DNA of 64,000 nt from positions 806,001-870,000 of the forward strand of contig JAYWIR010000022.1 in NCBI GenBank assembly GCA_036172245.1. The letters are read 5' to 3'. The stretch comes from Raillietiella orientalis (lineage: Eukaryota). The translations under genes and the position numbers were made by a program. Numbering within the stretch: the first letter of the stretch is position 1; the number at the start of each line of letters is the position of its first letter. The notes below the pieces were generated by a model. It was not told the origin of the DNA. It did not search any database and worked only from the letters and a program-made list of their open reading frames with translations. Below, piece by piece: positions 39,990 through 52,819 of the stretch.

Positions 39990-42380
39990 GGTGGATTTGC
40001 CAGATCACGATTGCCTTATTGTGTGTCTGCGTTTACAAAGCCCTGTTCTTTGACTATGGAGCTGCCTCCCCTCTGTAGAATGGTTCCAGCGTCCATCTGT
40101 GATGGTGCACGGACGATCCGTAGTTCTTGGGACATGAGCTCAACTTCAAAAGCGCTTGCTCCTAGGACGCGCGTGTCTCAGGAGGCAGCCTCGGAAATGC
40201 TGATCTGACACTGAGGATCGTCCACCACCTCATGAAGGACTCTTTCTCGAGCAGTTCATCTTCCGAGTAGTCGCCTCCCAAGCACTCTGAGAAACTCTAA
40301 CAGGGGACGACAAACAGAGGAAAAACAACGGGAGGACGATAAGGAACCAATCTCTGAACCGCATCACCTTCTCTGGAAATAAAGGCCCTCCCCACCATCC
40401 TTGAGTCTTTAGGGCAAGCCGGAAATTCAGCAGCGCCTCGGGAATCGTGGACATAGGGAAAGCCTTCCCTGCAAGACCTGAAGCCATCACCAGGCTAACC
40501 CGGATAGAGAAAACTCCTTGGCCTCCGACGAGAGTAGGAATCCTCTGCCTTCAGCAGGCCCCTTAACTGAACTCTGTATCCCCATGTGACCCAGGCTCCT
40601 AGACCCCTGATTCTTCTCCCGCTGCAACCCCAGGGAAGTCATATCCCGTCGGTCCCAAGGACGATCTTCGGAGATAGGCAGTCACGCGAAAACTCGAGCA
40701 GAGTGTGATGTGGGATAAGACAAGGTTGCAGGTGCTTGTTCTTCGTCGGCGACCTTGACTGGAACCGGAAGTGAGGAAGAAGAAACGGAAGGCATCGTGG
40801 GAATGCATGAGACCATCTGAAAGGAAGCTTGAAGAGGGGATCTCTGGCTCGATTCCCGACGACGTCCGGGAATTTGATTAGCTGCCAGAGCAACACCGGA
40901 AACAAGGAGTGGAGACGGCCCTGCGCGCCGCCTGGCCGTAAGGGTTGACTTCTCTTCTGATTCATTTTCCCCCGGCTTGTTTCCAGAACGCCGAACCAGA
41001 CACGCGTTCGCGTGTGAGTCATGCGATCATGGTCACCCGGTCGTCACCCTCATTCGTTTCCTTCATTGGCAGCGGTCTCTTCCTGAGCCGTTTCTTCAGG
41101 CTGGAGGAGGAGGGAGGAGGGAGAGCTCTCAGGAGAGTTTCGCGTGCTGCCATCTCGTGCACGGAGTGAAGTCAGCCGCGGGCGATGGCTTGGGATGAGG
41201 CTGAGAAGAAGCTCATGTCTTGTTCAGGCCACGCATCTCTGACTCCCCAAAGAGCTATCTCGAGCGGCACAGGGTGGCTCCACCCGCAATTGCCTCCCAC
41301 TGCTGTACTTCCTTGGGATCGGTTACACCCCCGTCTTTTCCTTTTCTCCAGATAGGATCCTGCGTGAGCACGGAAGCGACGTTCGTCTTATCGTTCAGTC
41401 GGAAGACTCCAGTAGGGGTAGGTCAGTCCATCACCTCCACGAGCAGCTCCACCTTCTCTTGTCCTCGTGGTTCACGAGATCCAGATGCTAGAGCCAGTCA
41501 AGGGGGGAGCATAGTCTTGGTCGCTTCGGAGATGGCAATTGCGGCGCCTGGCAGGAAGGGGGTGGGCGGCTGGCTGAGCCCTGCTCTCCGACTTCTGGAT
41601 GGGAGGCCAGAGAGCAGCGAAGCGAAGAGAACGACCATCCCGAATTCTTTCGATTGGCGAGTGAAGGTCACCAGGGAGCACGTACTTTCCGTCAGTCCAC
41701 CCAGAATGGAGCGAAGAGCATCATCATCCTGACAGGGAAGAGAGGCTGCTTTTCGGAAGATCCCTTGAGGCTAGGAGGGCGCTCCAAAAGGTACGACTGC
41801 GCGAGCCCTCGTTTGCTTCCCTCGTCCGTCGACTCGACTCCTCTCCAGACCATCGCCGTATCCCCATGGTCCCGCATCCGCTCACCACCGCTTCTCCCTC
41901 GTTCCCATCCTCTTCGTTTTCCTCTCTTTCAGCTCGTTCCTTCGTTTCTATGCACGTGACGAAAGGTCGAAGCACTGGCGGGCGGAGGGGAAAAATCGTC
42001 GTGGGCACGCGTGGGCGGAGATGACAGCCCTTTTCGCTCCCGTCCTTCTGTCGTCCCCGTGAGGAGCTCACGTGTTGGTAGGTGACGGAGGGTGCACGGA
42101 AACTCCTCCTCGCGCACGGGAAGGCCCCATCAGTGTGCACGTCTGATGAGGCCAGCATGCGAACCAGAATTTCCGGGTGCGGTAGCAGGTTCGAAACCGG
42201 GAAGGGAACCTTTCGGTCAGTGTCGACTCGTCGGTCGTTGATAAGCCGACAAGAAGCGGAGAGTGTTCCCTTCCCCCCCTTCCTCTAGTCTCGATGAAGA
42301 ACCAGAACTTGGGTTCGAATATCGTGCCTGGGGCATCTGCTCGGCTGTAACCGAAGGGGATCTCATCTCCTCACGGAGGG
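39990..42380 (-). mobile_element. Degenerate LINE (ORF1 plus endonuclease) fragment
   Basis: GC-rich decayed coding-like sequence with IVLGTD (GDFN-like, ~40655); weak support. Confidence 0.35.
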
Positions 42381-43096
42381 AGAATCACAGAGGAAACGGA
42401 TGAGCATTGAAGTAGAGAAGCGGCATGAAAATTAAAAACTGTTGGATGGAAAAAGTTTCAGAAGCCGCAAAAGAAGTGCTGAAGAGAAAATCACAAATAT
42501 TACAAAAAAAGAAAAAAAATGCCATTTGCAGCCAAAAAGCGCAGCTGTGGCAGCTGTAGCAAAAATGATGCATTTCAAGAACTACATTATGGTATGACTT
42601 CCCCTACGAGTTCTCCAGTCTCCTAGCGCCTCCCGTAATCTCCGGAACTACCAGCACTTTCAAAATGAGACGAGAACCTGGCCCATTCAAAAAAGAGGGA
42701 TGATGGGATGACGGTGAGCAGGTTTGTGTAGAAAATAATGGAGGGAGAGGGGGCCTTTGCTTGTTTTTCCCCCTTGTCAGGATGCTTCCCAGACTTTCTA
42801 AATAAAGGACCATCTGAGCCACCTGAGCAGCTGGTAGGCTGGATTGACCTCTTTTCTTTCCGAAAGAAACGCCTCGTGTGGCGTCCACGACCGAAGGTTC
42901 CATGAGGTAGCACACCTACCTCTCGGAACCTCATGCCCACCGTGCGCCTTGCAGCCCTCCCAACCCGCTCCTCGGAGGAGAGGAAACAGAGATCGATTTG
43001 GCTCATGCTTGCCGACACGACTGACCCCCTCTCGCGGCGGTCCCCGGACCTTGGCATTCCATGCGGCACTACACACGGAGATGAAGAGCGAAGAGA

Positions 43097-43868
43097 CCGC
43101 GTCGGAGGCCTTGTGGCTGCTGTCTCTGCGCTTGGCACCATGCGTCACGGGTTCGAATACTCCGAAGGAATCGACACAGTGAGCCGTGGGTTCGAGTTCC
43201 TCTTGCGAGATGACTCTGGTTGGCCTACATTCATTCGGGTGCGGCATTGGTGACGGTTCAAACTGGATGCCCCGATGAGAGTCGGGACAATGGGAGTCGA
43301 CCTTCACGTCCTTCCAGCAATCAAGGAGTGGGAGTTCTTCCCCTCCAGTTGTGAAGGAGCGGACCCCATTCCGGAGGGACTCTCCGCTCCGTACTGATGG
43401 ATTAGGTGTGTCGCCACCTCTCCAGCCAGTGCAGAGAAGCGAGCAGATTCCTTCGGAGAGCGACCCTTCGGAGAAATTGGGAAGCGTACCTTCGGGTTCT
43501 CTTCAGAGTAGTAAAATCCCTTGTGGATTCCCTCTGGAAAAGAAAAAATGGGCCGGCTTCTTCCAGGAGTCCCTCCAGAGAGAATAAGGAAATTCCCTTC
43601 GGTTCACCTATGATGGAGGTCATCTCCATCCCGGGAATCCCTCCCCAGGCATTAGAGGAACGGACTCCGTGCCCTTCCTGGATTCATAGGGTGAACCCCT
43701 CCCGGGGTACCCCCTATCTTAAAGAATTACACGCACCCTTGGGTGGCGTAGAACAATGTCAAAGAGCTGCGGGAGCCTCCAGGAGCGGAACGGCTCTTGA
43801 GGTACTCAGCAAACCAAAAAACAACTGGAAGGAAAACAACGAAGGCAGAAATGAGACCGTTTCCATCG
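43097..43868 (+). mobile_element. tRNA-headed SINE-like repeat (short-linker subtype)
   Basis: ccgcgtcggaggcc..cacgggttcgaatactccg head. Long close match to 52820-53240 and 34629-35422; 3' stem-loop at ~43687-43718. Confidence 0.9.
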
Positions 43869-44049
43869 TCCCTTCTGGGAAAGGAGCGAGTTGTCCCGCC
43901 TTCCTCACCGGAGAGGGGAAGCCCAAGCTGTGGCAAGAACACTAGAACGGGAAGTCGGTGTCCGACCCGGACCTCTGATGAGCACTGTGCATCCTTAAGA
44001 GGAGGAGTCTAGGAATGCAGCTGCAGACGTTTGCCCTCAGAGTTTTTGT

Positions 44050-45360
44050 TTTTTTTTTTTTTCGAGACTCTCCTCTGCAAGAGGAACGAATTGTCTAGCC
44101 GTTTCCTCTCGTCTGAGTTTTGGATGATGACTGATGCCGAGAGGAAGGGAGGAAGGAACGCCTGCCAAAAGGAAATCCGTCCAGGGTGACCAATTAGGGT
44201 GCCACTAGAAACTGCTTGGTAGGAAACGGTCCTATAGTTTGCCTCAAAAGCATCTTCCAAAAGCAATCAGTTGAACACTAGGTGGTTCTTTTTGTGGATC
44301 CAGGATGCATCACAGTGTCACTGACCAACTTTTTTTGTCTTTTTTTCCCCCCCCCCTCCCCGGGAAAGATCTTCCTTCACGCGGAGGATCTCATCCTCTC
44401 TCTTTTGGCATCGTGTTGGGTTCCGTCGGAAAGTGCGAGATATAGAGAATGCAACTCGCTCCAGACTCCAGCACCTTGCGGCTCTTCCAGTCCGAGAGGA
44501 GATTTCCCATGCAAGAGCAGGAGCGGCAACGAATGTCAGGAAAATCAACGAGTTGCTTCGACTGCCCCGTAGGATGTCCGTCGGATCAATGCTCGCATTC
44601 CGGAGTGGTGGGCCGGTTGTCGTAGCAAATATCGGCAACCTGAGAGTAGCCTTGTGCAGCCAGGAGGTAAGAAGCCTGCCTCTCAGAGCGGACCCTCACG
44701 TGGGTGACGAGCAGGAGTTTGGAAAGAGGTCAGGAAGCCAATAAATCGATTTGTGCTGCGGTTTGGACAGGGCTCCTAGTAGCTACGATTTCCGAGTTTC
44801 CTTGTAGTGGCTCATGGAAGGGAGTGGGGATAGCGTTGTCTTCCCATTAAACATTGAAAAAAAGGAACTCTGGAGAGGAACAGTAGGATCGTCGCGCTCC
44901 GCTTTTCCTTGAAAGGGCTCTCTCGGAGGGTAGCATTAGTGGATCTCATGGAGCTTCCCTTTGTTGAGCATTTCCTCCCAAATATCCCATCCATAATAGC
45001 GGTCCGGTCGTAATGTACTTTCCACAAAAAACCACGAGAAGTATTTCCCGGAGAAACTCGCTCCCGTTTCGCTAACGAAATGAACTGAGCCTATAAACGC
45101 TGGACGAGGACTCAAAAGATCATCTTAAACTCCTGGGAAATGCCATCGAATAAGCAAAGTCGGGAGAGTCTACCTTTTAGTCTCGGGAGTGCATAAGGAG
45201 TCGAGAAAGCCGGTGCTTCTCCTAAATCCACGAAGAGCTCCTCGCATGGAATCGTGTTTCCCTCATACCAACTGCAAACTTGATCTGCCTCCGGGGAAAC
45301 CATGTCTGTGAACTCGTAATGGTTCCAATAAACTACCTCCAAAGATTTGAAACACACGTG
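44050..45360 (-). mobile_element. Degenerate LINE 5' fragment
   Basis: GC-rich decayed coding-like block abutting the AT-rich island; only weak EN-like remnants. Confidence 0.3.
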
Positions 45361-47417
45361 AACGTGCACAATACATGGAATACGTGTAATATGTAACTGG
45401 ATGCTGCGATGTTCTTTGAATAAAATGAATGAAAGAGATTTTCTGTACTAAGGATAAAATAAGGCAATACTTAAAAAAGACATAACGATCACATGGTACA
45501 ATAATCAGTTGTAAATGTATTATGATTATTACATATAAGCACTCTGTGCTATGCTTGTTATACTATTCATTGCATCTTGGATACTCTTTGCGTCCTGTTT
45601 CAAATTGTATTTGGGCAAGGTCCAATCCTATTAACTACTGCAAAGGTTCCATAAAAGTAAGGTTCCTTGCTGCTCGAAACAAACTTGAATAAAAGGAATC
45701 AAGAAAACTTCAGTCTTTATTATTGTTATTATTATTATTATTGTAGTGAAGCATACTTAACGAAATGAAACCTTGTATGCTCTGCCTAATCCATTTCAAT
45801 ACGAAATTTTGTTTACCCATGCATTAAGAACTGCAGCCAAAGATATCAAGAGAATCGTCAGTGTGGAGTGATCACTGTACGATCACTTCTATCACTGTAG
45901 TCATTAACAATACATTTAGAAGAACTTCTCTTATAAGAAAGTTCATATACCTATGTCCCTGTTGATGCTAAGCAAATTAGTATCCTTGCGTGGTTCATAG
46001 AATGTTAATCTAGAAACCAACTGAATTTCAGCTTTTTGACAATTGCATTCCAAGGAATTAAAATGAAGCGTATCTTGAAAGAGTGTTATTCTCTTCTAAA
46101 CAATTTTTGTATTATATTCTATAAAATATAATACTATGTATCTGGAACAATGACTTTGAAGTTGTGAGAATTTTTGCAAAGACAGTGTAAACTGAAAGAC
46201 CTGCGAAAAAAAGACTTCTGTGTTTGGATTTTATATCTGTTAATGTTTATTATATTCACGCTGTGTGAGAGGCTGTTCAAAAAAAGGACAGAAAAAAAGA
46301 AAAGATAAAAGATAAACAAAAATCAGACAGCAATGTTCACTGAAATCTCATTAAAAAATATTCTGCTAAATAAAACAATGCATGCATATTTAAAGCAATA
46401 TCGAAGTAAATTTTTTTTCTCTATTTGAAAAACCCATTTATGAGGTATTCGTGGACAAAACAAACATGAATTACGCCTTCATTATTTCAGCTCCTCTCTG
46501 CGTTGTTTAAGCAGTAATCAAATTGGATAAGGCTACAGAATTTCTTAAATATTTCTAAGAAACAATTTCCATATTTAAGCTCAATGTCAAATTCTCGAGT
46601 GTGCATGCAATGCGTAAGTTTGAAGTGCGTGCTGCCGGTAAGTCACGGACTTTCTATTGTATTTTTACGGTTCTTAACTGGTACTGCTGTTTCTTCTTTT
46701 TGCTTTCCTGTTGGATTTGCGTGCCTTTGCACTATGGCGAGCATGTGATGTAGTGGGTTGAGAAATGCAGTTTTATTTTTAATGAAATATTTAGGTTCTC
46801 TGTTACTTCGAGTTAAAAACGTTTCTTCTTATATGTTTCATTTTTGTAAACGCCATGTTACTCCATTCAAGGAGCATGAGCGTGCGTATCTGCACTAGGA
46901 TGAGCACAAATCAGTTATCCTAACCGCCTGTAAGATTTACCGGTAAATTTATGTAGTAAATGTATCGAAAACCAGATCGCTTTTGATAACAGTATCCAAT
47001 TAAGATTCATAGATATGTCTGCAAACTTCAAATGTAAAAGATGTTATCTCGTGTATAGTATTTCAACTTCACCGTTTCTAGCGCTGCACTTGTTATCTGT
47101 TCAGTGATCCAGGATTATTGAGGATTTCACTCAAGCTTCTGAAGTAAAAAACTCATAAATAAACCATTGTGTGTTTTTGTGGTCTGTTACAGTATGATTG
47201 AATTTGTGTACTTTGCAAAAATGTCTTAGTCAGCAAATGACTAAATACAGATTACAGATTACTTATCTGTCTAAGTGTTTCAAGGCATTTTGAAAGTCCT
47301 CTTACAAAATATTCTTGGAGAGTGAAAATTGCAGGGAGAGAAAAATACCCAGTACGGGATTTGGAAGCTGCCCATAAAATTGGTATATACTTGTAAGAGC
47401 ATGTGAATGCAGCTCCT

Positions 47418-47962
47418 ATGGCACAGCTTTGGCCCAAATTTCTCACAGGATTTGGCTTGCTGTGTCTTCTACACACAGCAATATCTGCAGCACAGCGTAA
47501 GTTCTCACTACTTTCAAATGTAAATAGCTACAGTACAGAGTGGGTTGTATAATTAATTTCCTCTCTATGTAAATGTACTAAAAGTTTTTTTTGCAGATAG
47601 AGTGTACCTGAGGCTTACAGAACAAGAGTTTACGTATTTACCGATAGATGTGAGTGTTTGGAGTTTCTTATTACATGTAATCATCAATGGGTTTCTGTAG
47701 GTATTGGTAGAGGGTATAGTAGCTTTATTACTGACCATGTATGGAATCACACATATTGCTGGTGAGTTTCGTGAAATTAGAGCCACTAAAGAAATGGAGA
47801 ATAAGTAAGTTTAGTGACTTGATAAGCATCAGTGAACCACATGACTTTATTAGGAGTTGGGAAAATTTGATGAACAGGCCAGCATTTTATACCTTCAATC
47901 ATCGAGGACAAATGCTTTTCCGTCCTAAACAACCTTGTAATAAGATTGAGACATTGTCCTAG
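47418..47962 (+). CDS. EMC5: ER membrane protein complex subunit 5 / membrane magnesium transporter 1 (114 aa, 4 exons)
   Basis: Exons 47418-47496, 47597-47649, 47701-47804 and 47854-47962 (345 nt, GT-AG, phases 1/0/2). Translation MAQLWPKFLTGFGLLCLLHTAISAAQHRVYLRLTEQEFTYLPIDVLVEGIVALLLTMYGITHIAGEFREIRATKEMENKSWENLMNRPAFYTFNHRGQMLFRP matches the MMGT1 signatures SAAQHR, LPID, HIAGEF and FNHRG. Mostly absent from the ORF track. Confidence 0.95.
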
Positions 47963-48008
47963 TGAACATCAAATGTCAAACCCATGTCACTATAGATTTC
48001 ACACAGCC

Positions 48009-49381
48009 TCATGGCATATAGATGTAGTGTTTCCGGTAACCAACATAGAAAGTCAAATCAAGAAATTCTTCAGACTTCGTATCCTTTTTGTCCACATCAT
48101 AGACAACAGCAGGAGGGAGAGGATGAATCTTTTTACCATGAAAACCACATTTTCTGTGCCATAGGCCTGACCTTGGCCTATATCCCAATCGCCGAAGATT
48201 GTTGGGACTACCAATTGGGATCGAAGAATACACCAAATTACTTACACGACCTAGTGGGATTTGATATCAACAGCATAAGTTAATTACTGACTTACCCACT
48301 GTTGCAATACATTTTTTTGAAATACAAATCTCATGTTTGTTGGGTAGCTGCACATATACATTTGAGGCACTTGTTTTAGTAATGGTAGCAAATGTACCAG
48401 CAGCTCGACACATCATTGCACCTTCCCCTGGATAATTCTCAATACAGCAGATTCTGGTTCCTACAGGAAGAGCTCCAACTGGATGTGCATCACCTTCCTT
48501 AGGTTGTACTGGAAAAGACATGCATATTCTATTTCTTTATGAAAGTTTTTACCAGCCACTTGAGGGATATTACTATAACTTGTAATTAGATCTCCTGGTT
48601 TCATGTTTGTTGTGGCAATTACATATCGTGCTAACTTAGGTCCAGCAACCAAAGCAATGAAGCCGCTACGAACAGGATCTTGAATGATCTCTAATACCTT
48701 TTCTACTAGGGGAGCATCATTTGGCAATCTTTTATTAGGTACTCTTTTATAATCTACCCATCTTAAAACCCTTTTTACTCCACCACCACGAGTACCTACA
48801 ACTACTCGACCTAAAAGCATACAATTGTATAACAAATTTATAAGTCATAATATGTCATACAAATAATCAGCTATTAAAATTAAATACTTTACTCACTCAA
48901 TAACATACACTGCACTACAAATAAACTTTGTGAACACTATCTACATTCATGATCAAAGTTGATGTTCCATGCTTTACATTAAATTATGGATGTTTATGTA
49001 CGGTTACAATAAGCTTGAAGTTATCAAAATGCGCTTTTTACCTGTTTCTGGGTCTCTTCCTCCCAAACGATGACATTCCAATGGAACAATAGTATATTCA
49101 GAAGGATAGTGGATTTTCAAATGGTAACTAACTCGGGGAGTTTCTTTTTTATGATACTTCTTTAATTTAATAGCAGCAAGGCTATTGGGTGCACATGGAA
49201 CTTTCATGTACTTAAATTTGTCTCTCTTTTTAACTAGAGGTTTGAAATCATTGTACATTTTTGTAGGTTTGTAAGGAGGGGTACTTGGGGTATAAGCACT
49301 TATTCTAACAGCAGTCGAACAATAGTGTTGTTGGACAAACACACAAGAAAAAGTACACAATCTCAGTTTTAAAAAGTTCAT
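48009..49381 (-). CDS. mRpL2: Mitochondrial ribosomal protein L2 (uL2m, ~350 aa, 4 exons)
   Basis: Exons 49381-49042, 48810-48553, 48508-48296 and 48250-48009 (1053 nt, GT-AG, all phase 1). Motifs GGRDPETGRVVV..RGGG, DPVRSGFIALV, GDAHPVGALPVGT, RAAGT and RPRSGLWHRK. N-terminus looks like a transit peptide. Start codon assumed at ATG 49381. Confidence 0.95.
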
Positions 49382-50243
49382 GGTTTCGAATTTTGAGCAA
49401 AACCTGGACAAGATTGTCACAAATTGCTGATGTCTTTTGCGTGAATTTCTAAAGCATTTAAATCACATTCAGCTAGCACCAGTTTAGCATTTTTCAGTGT
49501 CAAAAGTTCCACAAGAACAGCACCCTCTGGAGCCTTTAAGGTTCATAAACTTATGGAATTTAGTTTTCAAACAGCTCCAATATGTGTTCACCTCAACAGA
49601 TGTGCACAAATTGCTGAGATTTCGCAGTTACTTAATACTCACAGGTAAGGACAAGCTGAAATCAAATAATTTATCATTAATCCAAGAATTTTAAGACATT
49701 AATTAAATACAGATGGTAAAAAAAAGTCACGTAGATAGTAAAAAACGAATTTTCCTTCTAAAATCGGCCACACAAGAGGGAAGTTTTGTTTTTTGGTATT
49801 CCAAGAAAATGCACACTGAGTAAACTACGGTCTATGAAAGCTTCATAAGTAAAGCATTACAAGGTACTGGTCATTAGACCTCACTTTGACGGTTTCATAT
49901 ATTTTGTTCGAAATCAACGCTTTTCCTTGAATTACAGCCTACTTGCAAAAGCAAAAGGGGCTCCAAATTCAGATTTCTTAATGTAAACACCTTTTTGCCA
50001 AGGATAATCAAAAGTTTTGCTTTGCGCAAAATACTGATTGGATTCTCAATATCAGTCTTGCAAGCTCCTCTCACTGAATTTCTCAAGGGATTCGCTGAAG
50101 AGTTATGCTGCACACATCTTTAAATAAATTATGAAGGCCACAGCTGCAGTTACAGCTCTCATGGCTATTTCTAACATAGAAAAACAGGCGAAATCTATTA
50201 GAAAACGAAAAATAAAGCTTGTATTTTACATAACACAGAAAAC

Positions 50244-50279
50244 ATCCTCAGTAAGCGGTACTTATCCTCAGTAAGCGGT
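50244..50279. repeat. 16-bp direct repeat (2 copies)
   Basis: atcctcagtaagcggt actt atcctcagtaagcggt. Confidence 0.85.
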
Positions 50280-52221
50280 CCTATCTGCTTAAAATCCTTA
50301 TCACATCATGTAAGGCACATTTCTACATGAACTTGTACAAAATAAACTGATGATACTAAAACGAATGACTAGACTCATAATAAAAATTGGTTGAAAACTT
50401 GAGAACGGTTTAAGTGGACGGTCTTTTAGGAGCTTCCATTAATGCAAAGATCTTTTTACAGTTCAAACCATTTCATCGCTGCATTTTCAAGGTTTTCTCA
50501 AAATATGAAAGACGTAGCACATCACCTGATGAATTCATCAATATCATATTGCAACATTATTCTTATGCAGCAGTCTCTTGTCTCGTCTGTCGGTCATTAC
50601 CCACCTACGTTTTCGACAGAACAGTCGTGAAATGATGAACTCCAATCACTAGTTATATGAAAAAGACAATTTTTGAGTTATCTGAGGCCTAATCTATCTG
50701 ATTTCCTTGACTGCATATTTTCTCTATAAACATAGAAGTGCTACTAGAGTATTTTCTCGTTCTTCCACAAACGCGTGCTTATTTTGCTCCCCAAGACTAT
50801 TGGGTTCGTGAGTTCTTCGATTCACTGGAGGAAAATTCAAACTCAACATTTAAATTTAACTTTAAACTTCCACGCCCTCGTTTTCGAAAAGGAGAGTGAT
50901 GAGTCCTACGGTCTTTCCCCTTTATTGCCAATGAGAATAGACTGATAAAACAAGCAAATCTTAGAAGCATTACTGATAACTTTGAAACTTATACGGTATA
51001 GCAGAAAAATATCTGGGGCAGTTGTGCTTTCTGAGGCATCCAGGATTCTTGATCTCATAGATCATTGACATTTTTAAAGACTAGAGAGATCTAAAACCCT
51101 GTGCTACCTTCTGAACCAAGAAGCACTGAACCTGGTTTTTGAGATTAAGAATTCCTGGAAAGAGGACATCAGGAAACTATTTTATACGCATCACGCGAGT
51201 TTTCCACTTTCAAAAAAGCACTTTATTCTCAAAACAACCTGACACTGAAAAATCAAAAAAGCGGCTGAATGCTATGACTTATCTCAAAGCAGTGCGACTA
51301 CCCAGTGTAACTCAAGAGATAGTAAATGTGGCTCTGAAGCTCTAGAGCCTACCTTGTGAAGGAACTCTATTCAGATGGCAGCACTCTGAACTCAGACTCT
51401 GCATTTTTGATCACAGCAGTCTCCAGTGTTTAATCGCTTCCTTGGATTCCCTTTTTGGGGTAACCCTTTTTTGCGTATCCTCTTCGGTGGTCATTAGCTC
51501 AGACAGTTTGCTTTGTTTCCTTCTATGGTCTTTTCCGTGGAAGTTCTGTGGTTGAATTTCCATGCAAGACTCGTAATGGTGTGATCTATGTTTTCATTTC
51601 GTTGAAAATGACGGAGCATACTGGATGGATTCTGGTTCCGGATGGGTATTCCATACTGAACTCAAAGTGCAATGCCACAACTATCTGTTCAGTAAAGTAT
51701 TAAGGGTGCAGTGCAAGTACACCACCTACATTTTACTGCTTCTTGTATAACGTCTTGCATATACTGCGTTCCAGATAAATGATGCGCTACTGTCATCATT
51801 CCATCGCAGGAGCATTTCATCAGTTTAGTTGGAGTCCTTGTAGCTATTCTCCTCTCTCCTCTTTGTTGGATTAAACACTCGAGTATATCTGAGAACAGAG
51901 TAGACTGCTTAAATATGACTGAAGCCTTCAGAAGCAACGCTGGTTCTTCTGGTCAACACACTAAAACGAAGATCGTTCAGTTGATCGAATTAATAAAAAT
52001 TATCCCATCTTCTTTACAGATCTTATGAAATCAGAGAATTTTAAAGCAGTATTAATTCTTAAATGTTATTAGCTTCTTCTAGTAGATTTTTCCTGAAGTA
52101 TTACGAGTAAGTAAAAGCCATTAATCAGTTATTCTTTGCCGGAGATGTTGATCATAATTTTGAAATAATGCATGCTGTAGAAAAATAATTTGGAAAACAG
52201 TCTACTCTATGGAATGTCCAC

Positions 52222-52777
52222 AGCAATGATGGAAAGAAATCCTTTTGAGTTCTTTTTTCTGTCTTCGCTGTTTTCTTCCCAGTTTTTTTTTTTTTTTTCG
52301 GGTTTTCTTTTTTTTGGCTCAATGAGTATCTTAAGAGCCGTCACGCACCTGTCGGCTCACGCAGCTTTTTAACGCTGTTTCCACTCCACCCGAGGGCGAG
52401 TGTAATTCTTCAAGATAGGGGGTACCCCGGGAGGGGTCCAACCTATGAATCCAGGAAGGGCACGGAGTCCGTTCCCTGACACTCTGGGGAGGTATCAATC
52501 TACCAACTTCATGGTACGGCTCCATTTTCACAACCGAAGGGCTCCTTGATCCCTGGAAGTACCCCGGAGGGTCAACTTCCAGCTCCAACTAATCAAGGGG
52601 GGCATCCAGCTTTCACCAGTGCCTCACTCTACAGGTCAACCAAGGACATCCTGGGAGGATGACTCGAAACCCACGACGCACCCATATCTCAGCGTCGATC
52701 CTTCCCCGGTAGGGATTTGAACCCGCAACGTCTATTACCGCTCGCGGAGACCGCAGCCACATGGCCACCGACGCGGG
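52222..52777 (-). mobile_element. tRNA-headed SINE-like repeat (long-linker subtype, internally deleted)
   Basis: Reverse complement head cccgcgtcggtggccatgtgg..gcgggttcaaatccc, 3' stem-loop at ~52415-52446 and family tail. Confidence 0.88.
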
Positions 52778-52819
52778 CTCAGAGATGTAGAAGCTCATTC
52801 AAACTTGCAATGGACTTGT

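Noticed and set aside
43097..43170. Functional tRNA genes at the SINE heads
   Set aside because: A and B boxes are present, but there is no acceptor stem or consistent anticodon arm, and the copies are divergent.
49382..49420. GTG-initiated N-terminal extension of mRpL2 from the ORF track
   Set aside because: Eukaryotic gene; the in-frame ATG at 49381 gives a plausible transit peptide. An upstream exon is not excluded.
50300..52100. Coding-like AT-rich stretch upstream of mRpL2 (also 55600-56700)
   Set aside because: May be decayed DNA-transposon sequence, but no motif could be identified with confidence.
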